From assembly GCA_951406725.2 (NCBI GenBank), contig OX597831.1, positions 55,676,001-55,740,000 on the forward strand: a stretch of 64,000 nucleotides of DNA. Direction: 5' to 3'. Positions 24,391-37,075 of this stretch are shown one piece after another. The notes below the pieces were generated by a model. That model made no database searches, had not been told where the DNA came from, and saw only the letters and a list, made by a program, of their open reading frames with translations. Origin of the DNA: Octopus vulgaris (Eukaryota). A program made the position numbers and the translations under genes. How positions within the stretch are numbered: position 1 is the stretch's first letter; the number at the start of each line of letters is the position of its first letter.

Positions 24391-25871
24391 TGATAGCGGT
24401 AGAGCAAAAGACTTCAGTAATATTTATTTGTGTGGGGGCAGCGTTGGGGTGACTGGAACTTATTTTGAAAATTATTGGTCTTGGATGTCAGGATAGGAAT
24501 CAGTGTCGTCTTCGTTCTGTAGTCAACATTGTCTGACTTGCTTTGCTGTGAACTTCACAGCACTAGCGTAGCTAGAGGGTGCGGCACGCTCCGGGCGGCA
24601 CTTTTATGGGGCGGCGCCACTTTTATGGGGCGGCGGCACTTTTGGGTCTGCTGTAGGCAATATGTATTTTTTGTCATTCAAATTAACTTTGCACATGGAA
24701 TCCTCTAATTGAGGAGAATGACATCTAACCACACGAGACAACAGGCCGCCGAAAACAGGCTAAAATCCGGAATTCAAGGAGAAAGTCGACGGTTGGTGTT
24801 CGTCGGTAACAAGTCGTTAGGATCTCTTTTACTCTTAATTCTTTTACTTGTTTCAGTCATTTGACTGCGGCCATGCTGGAGCACCGCCTTTAATCGAGCA
24901 ACTCGACCCCGGGACTTATTCTTTTGTAAGCCCAGTACTTATTCTATCGGTCTCTTTTGCCGAACCGCTAAGTAACGGGGACATAAACACACCAGCATCG
25001 GTTGTCAAGCAATGCTAGGGGGACAAACACAGACACACACACACACTCATATATATATATACATACATATATACGACGGGCTTCTTTCAGTTTCCGTCTA
25101 CCAAATCCACTCACAAGGCTTTGGTCAGCCCGAGGCTATAGTAGAAGACACTTGCCCAAGGTGCCACGCAGTGGGACTAAACCCGGAACCATGTGGTTGG
25201 TAAACAAGCTACTTACCACACAGCCACTCCTGCGCCTACAAAAATTTTTCTAACTTCCTCGCTCTCGTCACAATTGAATTTATCTAAATTCTTCATGTCA
25301 TTACAGTCACTGCTAAAGTAGTTTCCCTTCATGACAAATAATGTTTTATATATTTCGGCCATGTTTTTCCAATCTTTGAAAGCGCCCCCTCCCCGCTAAA
25401 ACCATGCCAACTACACTGGTATTCTTGTCGTTCTTTATCAAAGTTAATGATGATCGAATAGATCCATGATGCAAAGCGTTCCAAATATGACCACCAGTCT
25501 TCTGGTAGGATATAGTTTAATAGGACTAATAATACTCGCTCACGACGTCTCAACCATGTATTCTATATCTCTTTTTAAAATTTTATTTTGAAGACGGTAA
25601 AGTATGAATTGAGGTGTTATGATTTGTCAACATTTCACACAACTAACGAACAGCAGTATTTGATGATGTCGATGATGATGATGATGATAAAGAAGAAGAA
25701 GAAGAAGAAGAAGAAGAAGAAGAAGAAGAAGAAGAAGAAGAAGAAGAAGAAGAAGAAGAAGAAGATGATGATGATGATGATGATGAAAGTTATTTAGTTG
25801 AATCTGGGAAAATTATTAAGCGAAAGACGACCATTGATCTTTCTCTCTCTCTCTGTCTCTGTCTCTCTCTG

Positions 25872-25922
<51 letters not shown>

Positions 25923-26049
25923 TTCTTTTTTTGAGCTGAGGATGCACCGTTGCTGCAATTTTATCGCCATTTTAGTATTGGACAGTATTGATTTCTCACA
26001 TAGGCATAAGGCTGACATATCTGGTGGTGGTAGCGGTGGTGATTGGATA

Positions 26050-26583
26050 CATAGTCAATTATATTGATCCCAGTAGCTAACCGATACTTACTTTATGGCC
26101 TCCGAAAGGATGACAGGCAAAGTTGGCTTCGGGAAGGCTTGTACTCAGAACATGAAGGCGTGTTATTAAATACGTATTTCTTTATTACCCACAAGGGGCT
26201 AAACACAGAGGGGACAAACAAGGACAGACATAGGTATTAAGTCGATTACATCGACCCCAGTGCGTAACTGGTACTTAATTTATCGACCCCGAAAGGATGA
26301 AAGGCAAAGTCGACCTCGGCGGAATTTGAACTCACAACGTAACGGCAGACGAAATACCTATTTCTTTATTACCCACAAGGGGCTAAACACAGAGGGGACA
26401 AACAAGGACAGACATAGGTATCAAGTCGATTACATCGACCCCAGTGCGTAACTGGTACTTAATTTATCGACCCCGAAAGGATGAAAGGCAAAGTCGACCT
26501 CGGCGGAATTTGAACTCACAACGTAACGGCAGACGAAATACCGCTAAGCATTTCGCCCGGCGTGCTAACGTTTCTGCCAGCTC
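26050..26583 (-). mobile_element. SINE family A dimer nested in an older copy
   Basis: Two near-identical ~184 bp units at 26175-26358 and 26359-26542. Confidence 0.88.
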
Positions 26584-27163
26584 AGGTATTTCTTTTGAGC
26601 ACTAACGATTCCGCTAAGATATGATTTGTAAGGGGAAAAAATGACAGAAGCTTGAAGCATATTAAATGGAATAATTTATTCCTTAAAAAAATATGTATGT
26701 ACGTTGTACGTACGTACATATGTATGCATGTATGTATGTATGTATGTATGTATGTATGTATGTATGTATGTATGTATGTATGTATGTATGTATGTATGTA
26801 TGTATGTATGTATGTATGTATGTATGTATGTATGTATGTATGTATGTATGTATGTATGTATGTATGTATGCAGATAGTAAATACATACATACATATGTGT
26901 AAATATATACATATTATATATGTGCGTGTTATGTATGTACAATAAATGTAAATACGTAAAATACACACGTACATACCTACACACACTTACATATATATAC
27001 ATATATACACACACTTGTACGTATACTCATATATATATGTATATATATTTATATATACGTATATATATAGTTATTAGTGTTACTTTTTCCTTTATTTTCT
27101 TTGAATTGTTAAGAGCTCCTTGTAATGTTAGCGTAACTTTACAGGTTTAGAATCAGAAGTCCT

Positions 27164-28249
27164 TCAAAGTTCTATATCTGTCGGTAACGCTTTTACAAAA
27201 AGGATTTCGTTAAGTGTGCTGAACTTAAACTTCTGAGGGCAGGATGTGTTCTGAATGTTTTTGTCTGTTAACACTTTACCGTCCTTCATGTAATTCTTTT
27301 TGCTTTTTGTCTGGCACCAAGTTATCAATTTGTCAATCACGGGCGTTTCTTGCTGAAGAATTTCAGCCACACCTCGAATTACAATTAAACCATACGATAA
27401 ATATTCTGAGATTCGCTCTTCTAAATCTGGTGTGTATTCTGACTTTTTCCTATCTTTTTTCATTGGGTGCTTAATGTCTCCCCATATCTTACAAGTTTTC
27501 AATGTTGTCAGTAAGCTACTGCTGTCTCCAATGCTGTCTTTAAATCCTGCAAACCATTCTTCTATTCCTTTATAGTCGTTGATTTTCAATTCTGGTTTGC
27601 CTGTTTTTATAGCCTGGATAATTTTAGAACATTCATTAGAACACTTTGAAATCATTTCGGCTGTCTTTTCGCTGACGTCTTCGAATAATCCCAGTTCACT
27701 TTCCAGCGGCTTTTCGTCCCATTCACTCCATCTTCCAAACAAAAGACAGCATTCGAGATATACGAAGGGCGACAGGAGTACAGACATAAAGTTAAGAGAA
27801 TTTTGAAGAGCACAATCACCGCCAAGTATTAACTGCAAAATTGACAGTGGCCCACGTTTCGGGGGAGATGTCCCGAACAGAGTAGAGGTTACGATCGATG
27901 CTACTGTCACCTTGACATCAATTTGAGAACCAAATTTGACTTGTTCGCATACCCAAGGACACGTCTCTAAGTTAACGATGGTACATTGTTCACCAAGCTC
28001 TTCCAGACTTGTCCGGCACTGATATTCAAAACCTGATCTGCCAGGTACACCGATGATAACCGTTCTCTTTTTAATGTATTTCTTCATGGCTTTTAAATAA
28101 TCTTGGAAATGGTTTGGAGGAGAAGACAGTATGATAACATCACTTTCAGCGACGAAATCTCCTGCTTTATCCGTTATTGTTCCAGGTCTTCCGTTTTCGG
28201 GAAACATAGAACCGTCTTTTCTTGGAAAATTGATCACCATTTTTGCATC
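27164..28249 (-). CDS. Opine (octopine/tauropine) dehydrogenase-like gene, coding exon 2 (361 aa plus stop)
   Basis: Uninterrupted ORF with acceptor TTTCAG|GAT GCA AAA ATG in phase 0 with exon 1 (intron 28250-32796). Motifs SDVIIL, GFEYQCR, ETCPWVC, LFGRWSEWD.KP, CSNEC, DKLITWCQ and CPQKFKF align with octopine dehydrogenase (recalled GFEFQCR, ETLPWAC, LFGRWGSWDGKP, CSNEC, CPQRYGF). Confidence 0.92.
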   Translation of the reverse strand, partial: DAKMVINFPRKDGSMFPENGRPGTITDKAGDFVAESDVIILSSPPNHFQDYLKAMKKYIKKRTVIIGVPGRSGFEYQCRTSLEELGEQCTIVNLETCPWVCEQVKFGSQIDVKVTVASIVTSTLFGTSPPKRGPLSILQLILGGDCALQNSLNFMSVLLSPFVYLECCLLFGRWSEWDEKPLESELGLFEDVSEKTAEMISKCSNECSKIIQAIKTGKPELKINDYKGIEEWFAGFKDSIGDSSSLLTTLKTCKIWGDIKHPMKKDRKKSEYTPDLEERISEYLSYGLIVIRGVAEILQQETPVIDKLITWCQTKSKKNYMKDGKVLTDKNIQNTSCPQKFKFSTLNEILFVKALPTDIEL

Positions 28250-29328
28250 CTGAAATATTAAATAATAAAATTGTCTGTTAGAAAATATACTAAAAAAAAA
28301 AAGCTAATAGAAAAAAAATCAGAAAAGAAAATTTATTTGCGACAGAAGCTGTATTGGTTCAGAATAGCATTCTGTATATTTTACTCAACGTGTGTACACT
28401 ATAGAAAGCCACAAAACTACAGTATTCGTCTTGAGAATACTCAAGTGGTTTGTGGCTTTCTATAATATATGAACGTTAAGTCAGGTTGTGTTCTTGAGCA
28501 AGGCACTTTATTTCACGTTGCTCCCGTTCACTCAGCTGTAGAAATGAGTTGCGACGTCACAGGTGCCAAGCTGCATCGACCTTTGTCTTTCCCTTGGATA
28601 ACACTGGTGGCGTGGAAAGGGGAGGCTGGTATGCATGGGCGACTGGTGGTCTTCCATAAACAACCTCGCCCGGACTTGTGTCTAGGAGGGTAACTTTCTA
28701 GGTGCGATCCCATGGTCTGTGTCGTGACCGAAGGGGGTCTCAGAAGTCAGGTATACAGAAATAAGAAAAAAACATTACTGTAATCCGACATCTTCCCTCA
28801 GAGTTACTGTCGTGGCTACCTTGAGTAAAGTGATAACACAAAATTTCCAAATTGGTAAAACTAACCTTGTGGATTCTTCATCGCTATCGACGATGAGCAT
28901 CCAATTGTCGAATAATTGAATTCTTACATCTGAAATTAAGCTGTGAACCACTTCGTAATTTCACAGACATATGTATCCTTAACACTTTAACACTAGAGTC
29001 AGGTCGAATCAGCGTCTCACGCTATGATTAGCCTAGATCTTTGAATTGCATCTACAAGCCAGACAGAAAAGGGAAAACCAACAAATTTCAGTGCTGCATT
29101 GACAGTGTTTGTCAACTTCGGCGAGACTTGAACTTTGAAACGGATGGAACCAGAGTGAATACTGCAAGGTATTTTGCGTTACATGATGGCGATTTTGAAA
29201 ATTCATCCCCTTATGAATCCTTACAACATTAGAGAAATATATGATTTCCCAAATTGATAAAGTTAGCTCAGATTAAATTTTATTCGCCTTGAGAAACAAA
29301 AATCTGCCCTTTCGAGTCTGACGCTTGA

Positions 29329-29461
<133 letters not shown>

Positions 29462-29517
29462 GTAGATAGAGAGATAGAGATAGATAGATAGAGATAGATC
29501 GATAGATAGCTAGATAG

Positions 29518-29596
<79 letters not shown>

Positions 29597-30312
29597 TTAG
29601 ACAAAAAAAAACAGTTTTAAATTTCAGATTCGTCGTTCCCCAAAGTAACACCAAATGCTCGAAATACGAGGCTAGAAAAACAGCCAACAATTGATGAAGG
29701 GATGTTCTTTATTTTGTTTGTTTTGTTTTCCATTTGTGTCTTTCGTTGTTCGAAAGAAGAGTTCATGTTCCATGTATTCGTGGTTCGTACATTTTTGTTG
29801 TACACGTTTCGTGACGTCCTGTGCTTACATATGCATATATATACGTATAGATGTAAGTATGTACATATACGTATGTATATATGCATATATATATAAAATA
29901 CAAAATGGAACAAGAACGTAAAACATCCGGACAACTAGGTGATACAAAAAGGGACAACAAAACGTCAAGATAGACGATACAAAAAAACAAGGACGGGTCA
30001 TTCGAAGCTTTCTATCCTCAGTCAAGAACCGGATCATTCTCGCAATTTCGGCTGATTAATCTTGAGATTGCTCCAATCTGGCCAGCTCCAAGAAAAAACT
30101 AAGCTAAGAGCATTAGATTCCTTGGAAGAAAGCATCGAATGTATATGAAAACAAGGACAGAAAAACAGACGATGTTACCCGAATATAAATATAAAATACA
30201 ATAAAAAAATAATAATATTAACAGGACAAAACAACAGGTGTCTTTCGACTGGGGTCGAATTGAATTCAGCTGGCGTGTGTGGAAGTGAAGCCTTACGGCA
30301 GAGATACAAAAC

Positions 30313-30345
<33 letters not shown>

Positions 30346-30353
<8 letters not shown>

Positions 30354-30583
30354 TTAGTGAATTGAAGAAATGGAGTTGAACGAAGATTGAACAGAAATCT
30401 TCGTTCAACTCCATTTCTTCAATTCACTAATAATATTAAAATTCAATTATCCGCACCAACGCACGGTTGCAACACCATATGGTTGTACCTCCAACCGTGC
30501 TGTCTTCTGCTGTGATTTTTGCTACCAAGGTATCGGTTAAACTTTTGATTAATCTGCAACAAGATTATTCATCTTTCTATTTC

Positions 30584-30587
<4 letters not shown>
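30346..30587 (+). mobile_element. (TA)n-flanked element with palindromic 5' end
   Basis: Palindrome at 30346-30438. A near-identical body occurs at 53786-54058 with a different palindrome centre. Confidence 0.75.
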
Positions 30588-30682
<95 letters not shown>

Positions 30683-30684
30683 TT

Positions 30685-30885
30685 ATTTATTTTATAGAAG
30701 GAGCTTCTACAGGACTAGAACTGTTTCATTCAAATGAAATCATCAGGAAGCCTGGCTTCCTGATGATTTCATTTGAATGAAACAGTTCTAGTCCTGTAGA
30801 ACTCCTTCTATAAAATAAATTAATTTACTCTGCTATGTATTGAGTACCTTATTTACTGTGGTTAACCCCGACTCAACCCGGGACC

Positions 30886-30888
<3 letters not shown>
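30685..30888 (+). mobile_element. (TA)n-flanked element with a 136 bp palindrome and hammerhead-like core
   Basis: Palindrome 30685-30820 centred at ~30752. It contains CUGAUGA-u-UUCA uu UGAA-u-GAAAC a GUU at 30760-30787 and the mirror copy on the other strand. Confidence 0.65.
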
Positions 30889-30948
<60 letters not shown>

Positions 30949-31198
30949 TCTTCCTGTTTTTGACTTCCTTTTAAGTCACTTTAAAAAAAACCCTCGATTC
31001 AATAACAATGACCAATTTTAAATACCATTGGAACTTACTCACAAAGTACAGGAATCTTATATGTATACCATTCTGCCTAAATAAGGGAACTACAGATACA
31101 ACATCCCTACCTAACTCACGTCTATTTCCATTCCTCCACTTCACTCTCTATTTCATATCTTATCTAGAATAACTATTGCTTAACCATTTTCTCACATC

Positions 31199-31246
31199 GT
31201 CTCTGATGAAGGGATATATAAAAGATCCCGGAAACAGCTGTAAGAC
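31199..31246 (+). ncRNA. Minimal type I hammerhead ribozyme motif (Penelope-like pLTR type)
   Basis: GUCU-CUGAUGA-a-GGGAU..AUCCC-g-GAAAC agcu GUA-AGAC, with palindromic stem III (ACAGCUGU). It lies in a ~350 bp element (30946-31298) flanked by (TA)n on both sides. Confidence 0.8.
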
Positions 31247-31294
31247 CTATTTATAAATGTTCTGAAATCTTTCACAGTCCTGGATTTTTATCTC

Positions 31295-31344
<50 letters not shown>

Positions 31345-31601
31345 AAATAAAATAAATGCACCCTTTTTAAAGCCTACCCAGGCTCATGGACCCGGTTTCC
31401 CGGTTTCTATGGCTTATGTGTTCTCCAGCTGGATGGGACGCCAGTCCATCGCAGCGTTACTAATTTTTGCCAGCTGAGTGGACTGGAGCAACGTGAAATG
31501 AAGTGTTTTGCTCAAGAACACAACGCGTCGCCTGGCCCAGGAATCGAAACCACAATCTTACGATCTTGATGTTGACACCCTAACCACTAAGCCATGCGCC
31601 T

Positions 31602-31679
<78 letters not shown>

Positions 31680-32796
31680 GCGGATTTTGTTCCGTCGTTT
31701 TACATTCTTAGTTCACCTGCGACGACATTTGAGCTAAGTGGTATCGGCCGTTGGCTTTCGCCTGGGCAATATCGATGGTAAGAGGACGGGAAAATTTGTT
31801 GGATGAACAAATGGTTGTCTTCCATAAGAAACATTGCTCTGGTGAGTGATCTTTCAGTTATGGCTACAATATCATGTACATCGATCGACGGAGACCGTAA
31901 AGATCGTCACTATATTGCCGTGTCTATTTGGCTGAAAGTCGCACGCACACACACGCTGTTATGTGTAGTTTGGGTTCTAATGGGAAAGACAACCAGTTGA
32001 AAACCATTGTTATGTGTACGTCTTTATTTTACATTACTTGATAGACGAACGACGACATTAGCGTAGTGATACATTATATACTTAACACACAGTTTGTACT
32101 GTTCACTAACAAATAGTGCCAAGAGTAGGGAGTAGTTTGGCATTCGTAAACACACAGATATGAATGTGTAACACACGCATATACGTGCATACAAGCACGC
32201 ACACAAACGTATTCAATCATACGCACAAACAAACGCACAAACACATACATAGAATGGGTACCGAAAAGACAAACATAGATTACACCTTTGGTCATAGATG
32301 GAGCAATACAGTGATCAGAGTCAAAGGCGCTCATCTGTATACCAACAACAATAGCAGCAGCAGTGGAGGCGCAATGGCCCAGTGGTTAGGGCAGCGGACT
32401 CGGAGGATCGCGGTTTCGATTCCCAGACCCGGCGTTGTGTGTGTTTATTGAGTGAAAAAACACCTAAAGCTCCACGAGGCTCCGGCAGGGGGTGGGGGTG
32501 GCGACCCCTGTTGTACTCTTTCGCTTCAACTTTCTCTCACTCTTTCTTCCTGTTTCTTGTCTCTGACTTCCTACGCAACCACTGAGCCTGGATGCGCATT
32601 CATCCATCCGTCGATGCTCTCGGTGTCGGGGGTTGACCTGCTTTCTCCTCTGCGGGTCTTACGAATAGCAAAGGACCACGTTTCGGACTTCTCCCGAGGC
32701 GCGATCTTGCGAGCTCTGGGACGAAGACCGCTTCGCTCAATAAACAAACAAACAAACAAACAAGCAGCAGCAGAAACAACAGTAACAACAATATAC

Positions 32797-32949
32797 CTTT
32801 GCTTTCAGAGCAGTTTTCCAGTTGTCTGCTGCTTTGCTCTCTGTGGCAAAAACCGTGACTTCCATGTTTGGTCTTGACGAAGCCAATCCTGCTATAAGTT
32901 GAGAAGTAGGATTACTTCCACACACCGTAATCTTCACTGGGCTACCCAT
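32797..32949 (-). CDS. Opine (octopine/tauropine) dehydrogenase-like gene, coding exon 1 (51 codons, start of the Rossmann fold)
   Basis: MGSPVKITVCGSNPTSQLIAGLASSRPNMEVTVFATESKAADNWKTALKAK matches the N-terminus of molluscan octopine dehydrogenase (recalled as VKVCVCGGGNGAHTLSGLAASRDGVEV). A pyrimidine-rich AG acceptor lies at 32956-32955, 5 nt before the ATG. A phase-0 donor AAG|GTATAT lies at 32796. Confidence 0.88.
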
Positions 32950-33213
32950 TGTACCTTCAATGAAACAAGAAAAAAAAAAAAGAAGACATTTTATTATTAA
33001 ATCTTTGTTCATCCTATTTAGAACAATCCTGTCTCTGCTAATTAAAACAGAAATATTGGTCTCAAATTTTCCCGGCAATTTTAAGTCAGTTACACTGACC
33101 TTATTGTTCAACTGGTACTTATTTGATCAACCGCGGGAGAATGAAAGGCAACGTCGACCTCGGTGGTATTTGAACCGGAACGTAAAGCCCGTGTGCCAAC
33201 GATTCTGCTAGCT

Positions 33214-33273
<60 letters not shown>

Positions 33274-34811
33274 ACCGAGGTCGACGTTGCCTTTCATTCT
33301 TCTGCGGTCGATCAAATAAGTACCAGTTGAACAATGGGGTCAGTGTGACCGACTTAAAATTGCCGGCAAAATTTGAGACCAATATTTCTGTTTATATATA
33401 TATATAATATAAAATATAAAACTTTCGTTTTATATATTATATCATATTATATTATATATATAATATTAAATTTTCGTTTTATATATTATATTATATATAT
33501 ATCGATATATAATATAAAATACCACATAGCATTTCGCCCGGCGTGTTAACGTTTCTGCCAGCTCGCCGCCTTATCATCGAAATAATATTAAAATAAAATA
33601 TATTTGAGATTAATAATTTACTTTATTCTGTTTACGTTATTGCCGCCGTGCAGTATTTGTTCAATGGGAGAAAATACTCCATCAACACTGTTCAGAAGAT
33701 GTTGATATCAACTTTATACGTCACCCTAGGCTTGGCGTCTCTATAAACGTCCTCTACAAAAATCAAGCTCAGATCACATAACATGGCGATACAACAACTC
33801 TTTTCTTTCTACCTCAATTGTTCCTGTGAAAGAAATCAATGAACCTTATATCTCGCCAAAACAACAACATCAAAAATCATTCAAGCGGTACCAGAATAAA
33901 TTCTTCCCAAAAATATCAAACAAACCACCGACACCTGAATACATCTCGGTAAACAACAGCTCCTCACTCGAGTAGGCTATGATGTCCTAAAACTTGACTT
34001 AGAAGATTACCCTGTGTGGTTCTATTAAGTTAGACCTGGTCTGGGCCAGTGCTGGCCAAAGCTTTACTTATTTAAGTTAAATTGACGGTGACGTGTCACA
34101 GTAACATTTACAATACCTAAGCTTTAGATTTAGCAACATTAAAGTTATAGTGAGAAGTGATACGCGCCACAAATTCTGATCCTTTTTGCGATGTAGAGGC
34201 AGATTGCCTCAGCGACCCTGAGAGCTATGGCAGCGGAGTGCAAATTCCTTGTAGGACCTCTCATGCTGAGCAGGTCAAAAGATAGAGGCCAGATTAATAC
34301 GGGTCACATCTTCACAGAGATAAAACAAAATGGTTTGAGCAGGGCCGATACTCCTACCTAGTCATGGAAGCATCGATGACATGGCTATGTAGTCAACAAC
34401 TTGATTCAAAAGTATGTGATTTAACGTTCGACCCTAGTACGTAGCACCTCGAAGCAGTGTCTTTTACAATAGGCTCGGATCGACTGAAGCCTTCTGAATG
34501 AATTTTGATTATCGGAAACTGTGTGGAAGCTTAACTATGTGGGAGACTTAATTTGTCTCCCGATTTAACAATACAGTCTGACCCTTGGGAGCATTAAGCG
34601 GGGTTCACACTGCTGCAAGCTTTCAGGTTTCTTCTCCGGTCAGAAGAGATAACAAGGCCTCTGAGATTGATGATAGTCTCAAAGGCCTTGACAAAGCGAT
34701 AAAATAATGCTCATGTATGCACGCATACATGCATACATGTATGTATGTATGTATGTATGTATGTATGTATGTATGTATGTATGTATGTATGTATGTATGT
34801 ATGTATGTATG

Positions 34812-36090
34812 TTCTTCGCTTTCTCTTTTTAATTTAGAGTAAATTTTGACTGGCCACCAACTTGGTTGCAAGGTTGTGAAGGAAAGCATCTTGTTTTAAC
34901 TAATATCTTTTAAATCTTAAGGTCTTGCAGATTTTTATAGTCCCAGATATGGTGATCATTTGTAGTGTATGAATTAAGAATCTGCGTTCTCTCCTCAAGA
35001 TCCCAAGTTCAGTCATACCTTGCTCTAGACAGGTTGGTATATATCCTGTTGCTCCAATAATAATAGGTATGAAGCCGAAAGTGTATCTTGGGTACTGGAC
35101 TTGCAAACTCCTTATTAATGGTCCATAGACGTCTTCATTCTCTTGTATTTTCTTAACCACAACGCTGTCCAGAGGGCGGCTGATTTCTACAACAGAACAT
35201 ATCTTTTCTTTATGGTCCCGCACAACAATATATAGTCGGTTGTGTTCTAACTCGGTGGATGCTTTAACTTTTAAGTTCCACCAATATTCTTTTGATCCAT
35301 TAGTTTCAATATGGTCAAATTCATCTGTAGGTGTTTTCATTTTTGTTATCATGTTCCAGACTGTTCTGGCCACCGCATCATACCTCATGGAAAGATAATA
35401 TCTGGAAGACATCCTCCCGTAACTGGCAATGATGTAGTTGATGTCTTCAGTGTTGGTCATATCATCATCATCATTGTTCGACCGTGGTCGAGACAATGGA
35501 ATTTACCATGCTACGCCAGACTTCACGGTCCATCATAGCATTACGGAGGTCCTGTTGCTGGATGCCTGTATCCCTGGAGATTACATCAGGGTAGGAGAGT
35601 GTGCGCCCTCTGGTATTGCGAGTAGATGGCTTCCAGAGGAGAAGAGTAGAAATTGCCTCGTTTTCAGCTCTACAACAATGTCCAGCAAACTGGACTCTCC
35701 TACCTTTCATATACAGTCATATACAGTCTACATTTGTTGTCTATCAACGTTTTCGGCCGTTTTATACTGTAGGTACTTGGTGGAGATCTCTTGTTCTTGG
35801 GTTGCATGGATGTAGCCTTCAAAGTGGGGTGTCACAAACTTGTCGGTACTCCGTGCCAAGTTCTTGATGTCATCAGTCCCTTCTATAGTTTGTGATTTAC
35901 GTGCCAAGTCTTCATGCACCATCTTCTTAGTGAACTGGTCCATTTCTTTTTATTCTGTTGTTCTGATACATAAATTTTAATAACGCTGCTTGGGGAGAGA
36001 TCTGTATTAGCCCCTATTTCATACCACACAAGTTCATTAGCTAACATAGTTATGTTGTTGATTTCATAGTCACAAACTTGGGCGCGATAG
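34812..36090 (-). mobile_element. R4/Dong-like non-LTR retrotransposon 3' portion (zinc knuckle and restriction-like endonuclease), interrupted by an RTE fragment
   Basis: HFEGYIHATQEQEISTKYL, TEDINYIIAS, RYDAVAR, HNR..IVV.D..K.C.VVEIS.P and FIPIIIGATG. Flanked by (TATG)n on both sides. Confidence 0.7.
35455..35710 (-). mobile_element. RTE-clade LINE 3' end
   Basis: RRVQFAGHCCR...MMDREVWRSMV with a (GAT)n tail. Near-identical to 48785-49032. Confidence 0.75.
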
Positions 36091-36690
36091 TTATGTATGT
36101 ATGTATGTATGTATGTATGTATGTATGTATGTATGTATGTATGTATGTATGTATGTATGTATGTATGTATGTATGTATGTGTGTGTGTGTGTGTGTATAT
36201 TTCTATATCATTATTATTATTAAGGTTCGTGTCGGCGTATACGTACGGCGTCACTGTGATAGTATCGGACATCTCGGAAACCGAGATGGTCGGCACTACT
36301 CTAAGGGATTACGAAGCGGTGACAGAAGCAATGATCAATGGGACCGAGGTCAGTGGGTCTGCAGCTCGGTAACTGGAGAGGCAGGCTCATGCCAACCGAC
36401 AGCGTTGTGGTGCGCTGGACGGAAGGACCTGTTAAGTTACTCGGGGTCTGGTTGGATCCGGATCTCCATATGTCTGCATTAAGTATGAATATATCTGTTG
36501 TAATTTCTTAATATTGGTTGAGGAACTGTAATATTCAATATAGAACATTATTATGTTTATTGATATATATTGATTTATATTATTTATATTATTATGTATG
36601 TGTATATGTGTATATATATAAGGATATGAGTATATATGCACTCATATTTATATTTATATGTAAATGATTTTTGGGTATGTACTCATACTT

Positions 36691-36820
36691 ACATTAGAAT
36701 CTCCGAAGAGGCCGTAAGATATTTTTGTTAATGTCTCATTTATACCTGCAATATATGGCTAATATAGGTTAAATGAGGCATACCTATCTGCATGGCCGAA
36801 ACAGCTGTCAGTTATAATGT
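36691..36820 (+). ncRNA. Hammerhead-like motif with U4C core and long stem II
   Basis: ACAUUAgaauCU-CCGAAGA-GGCC(~80 nt hairpin)GGCC-GAAAC agcu GUC-AGuuaUAAUGU. The AT-rich host element ends in (TA)n at ~37006. Confidence 0.7.
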
Positions 36821-37001
36821 ATATGTATTTTTATATCTTGTTATTTTATTTAGTTATATCTCATTATATTGATTGTAATTATTGTACTGTATTAATGTCT
36901 AATCTTAATGCTCTTGTGTAGTGTTTTAATAAAGTATATGATTCGGTATTATCTGATAGTTGATGAATGATTTAGATATATTTCTCCATTTTCTTATTTT
37001 G

Positions 37002-37075
<74 letters not shown>

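Noticed and set aside
27164-28240. Horizontally acquired or intronless bacterial opine dehydrogenase
   Set aside because: It has a canonical spliceosomal intron and its motifs match the molluscan octopine dehydrogenase type.
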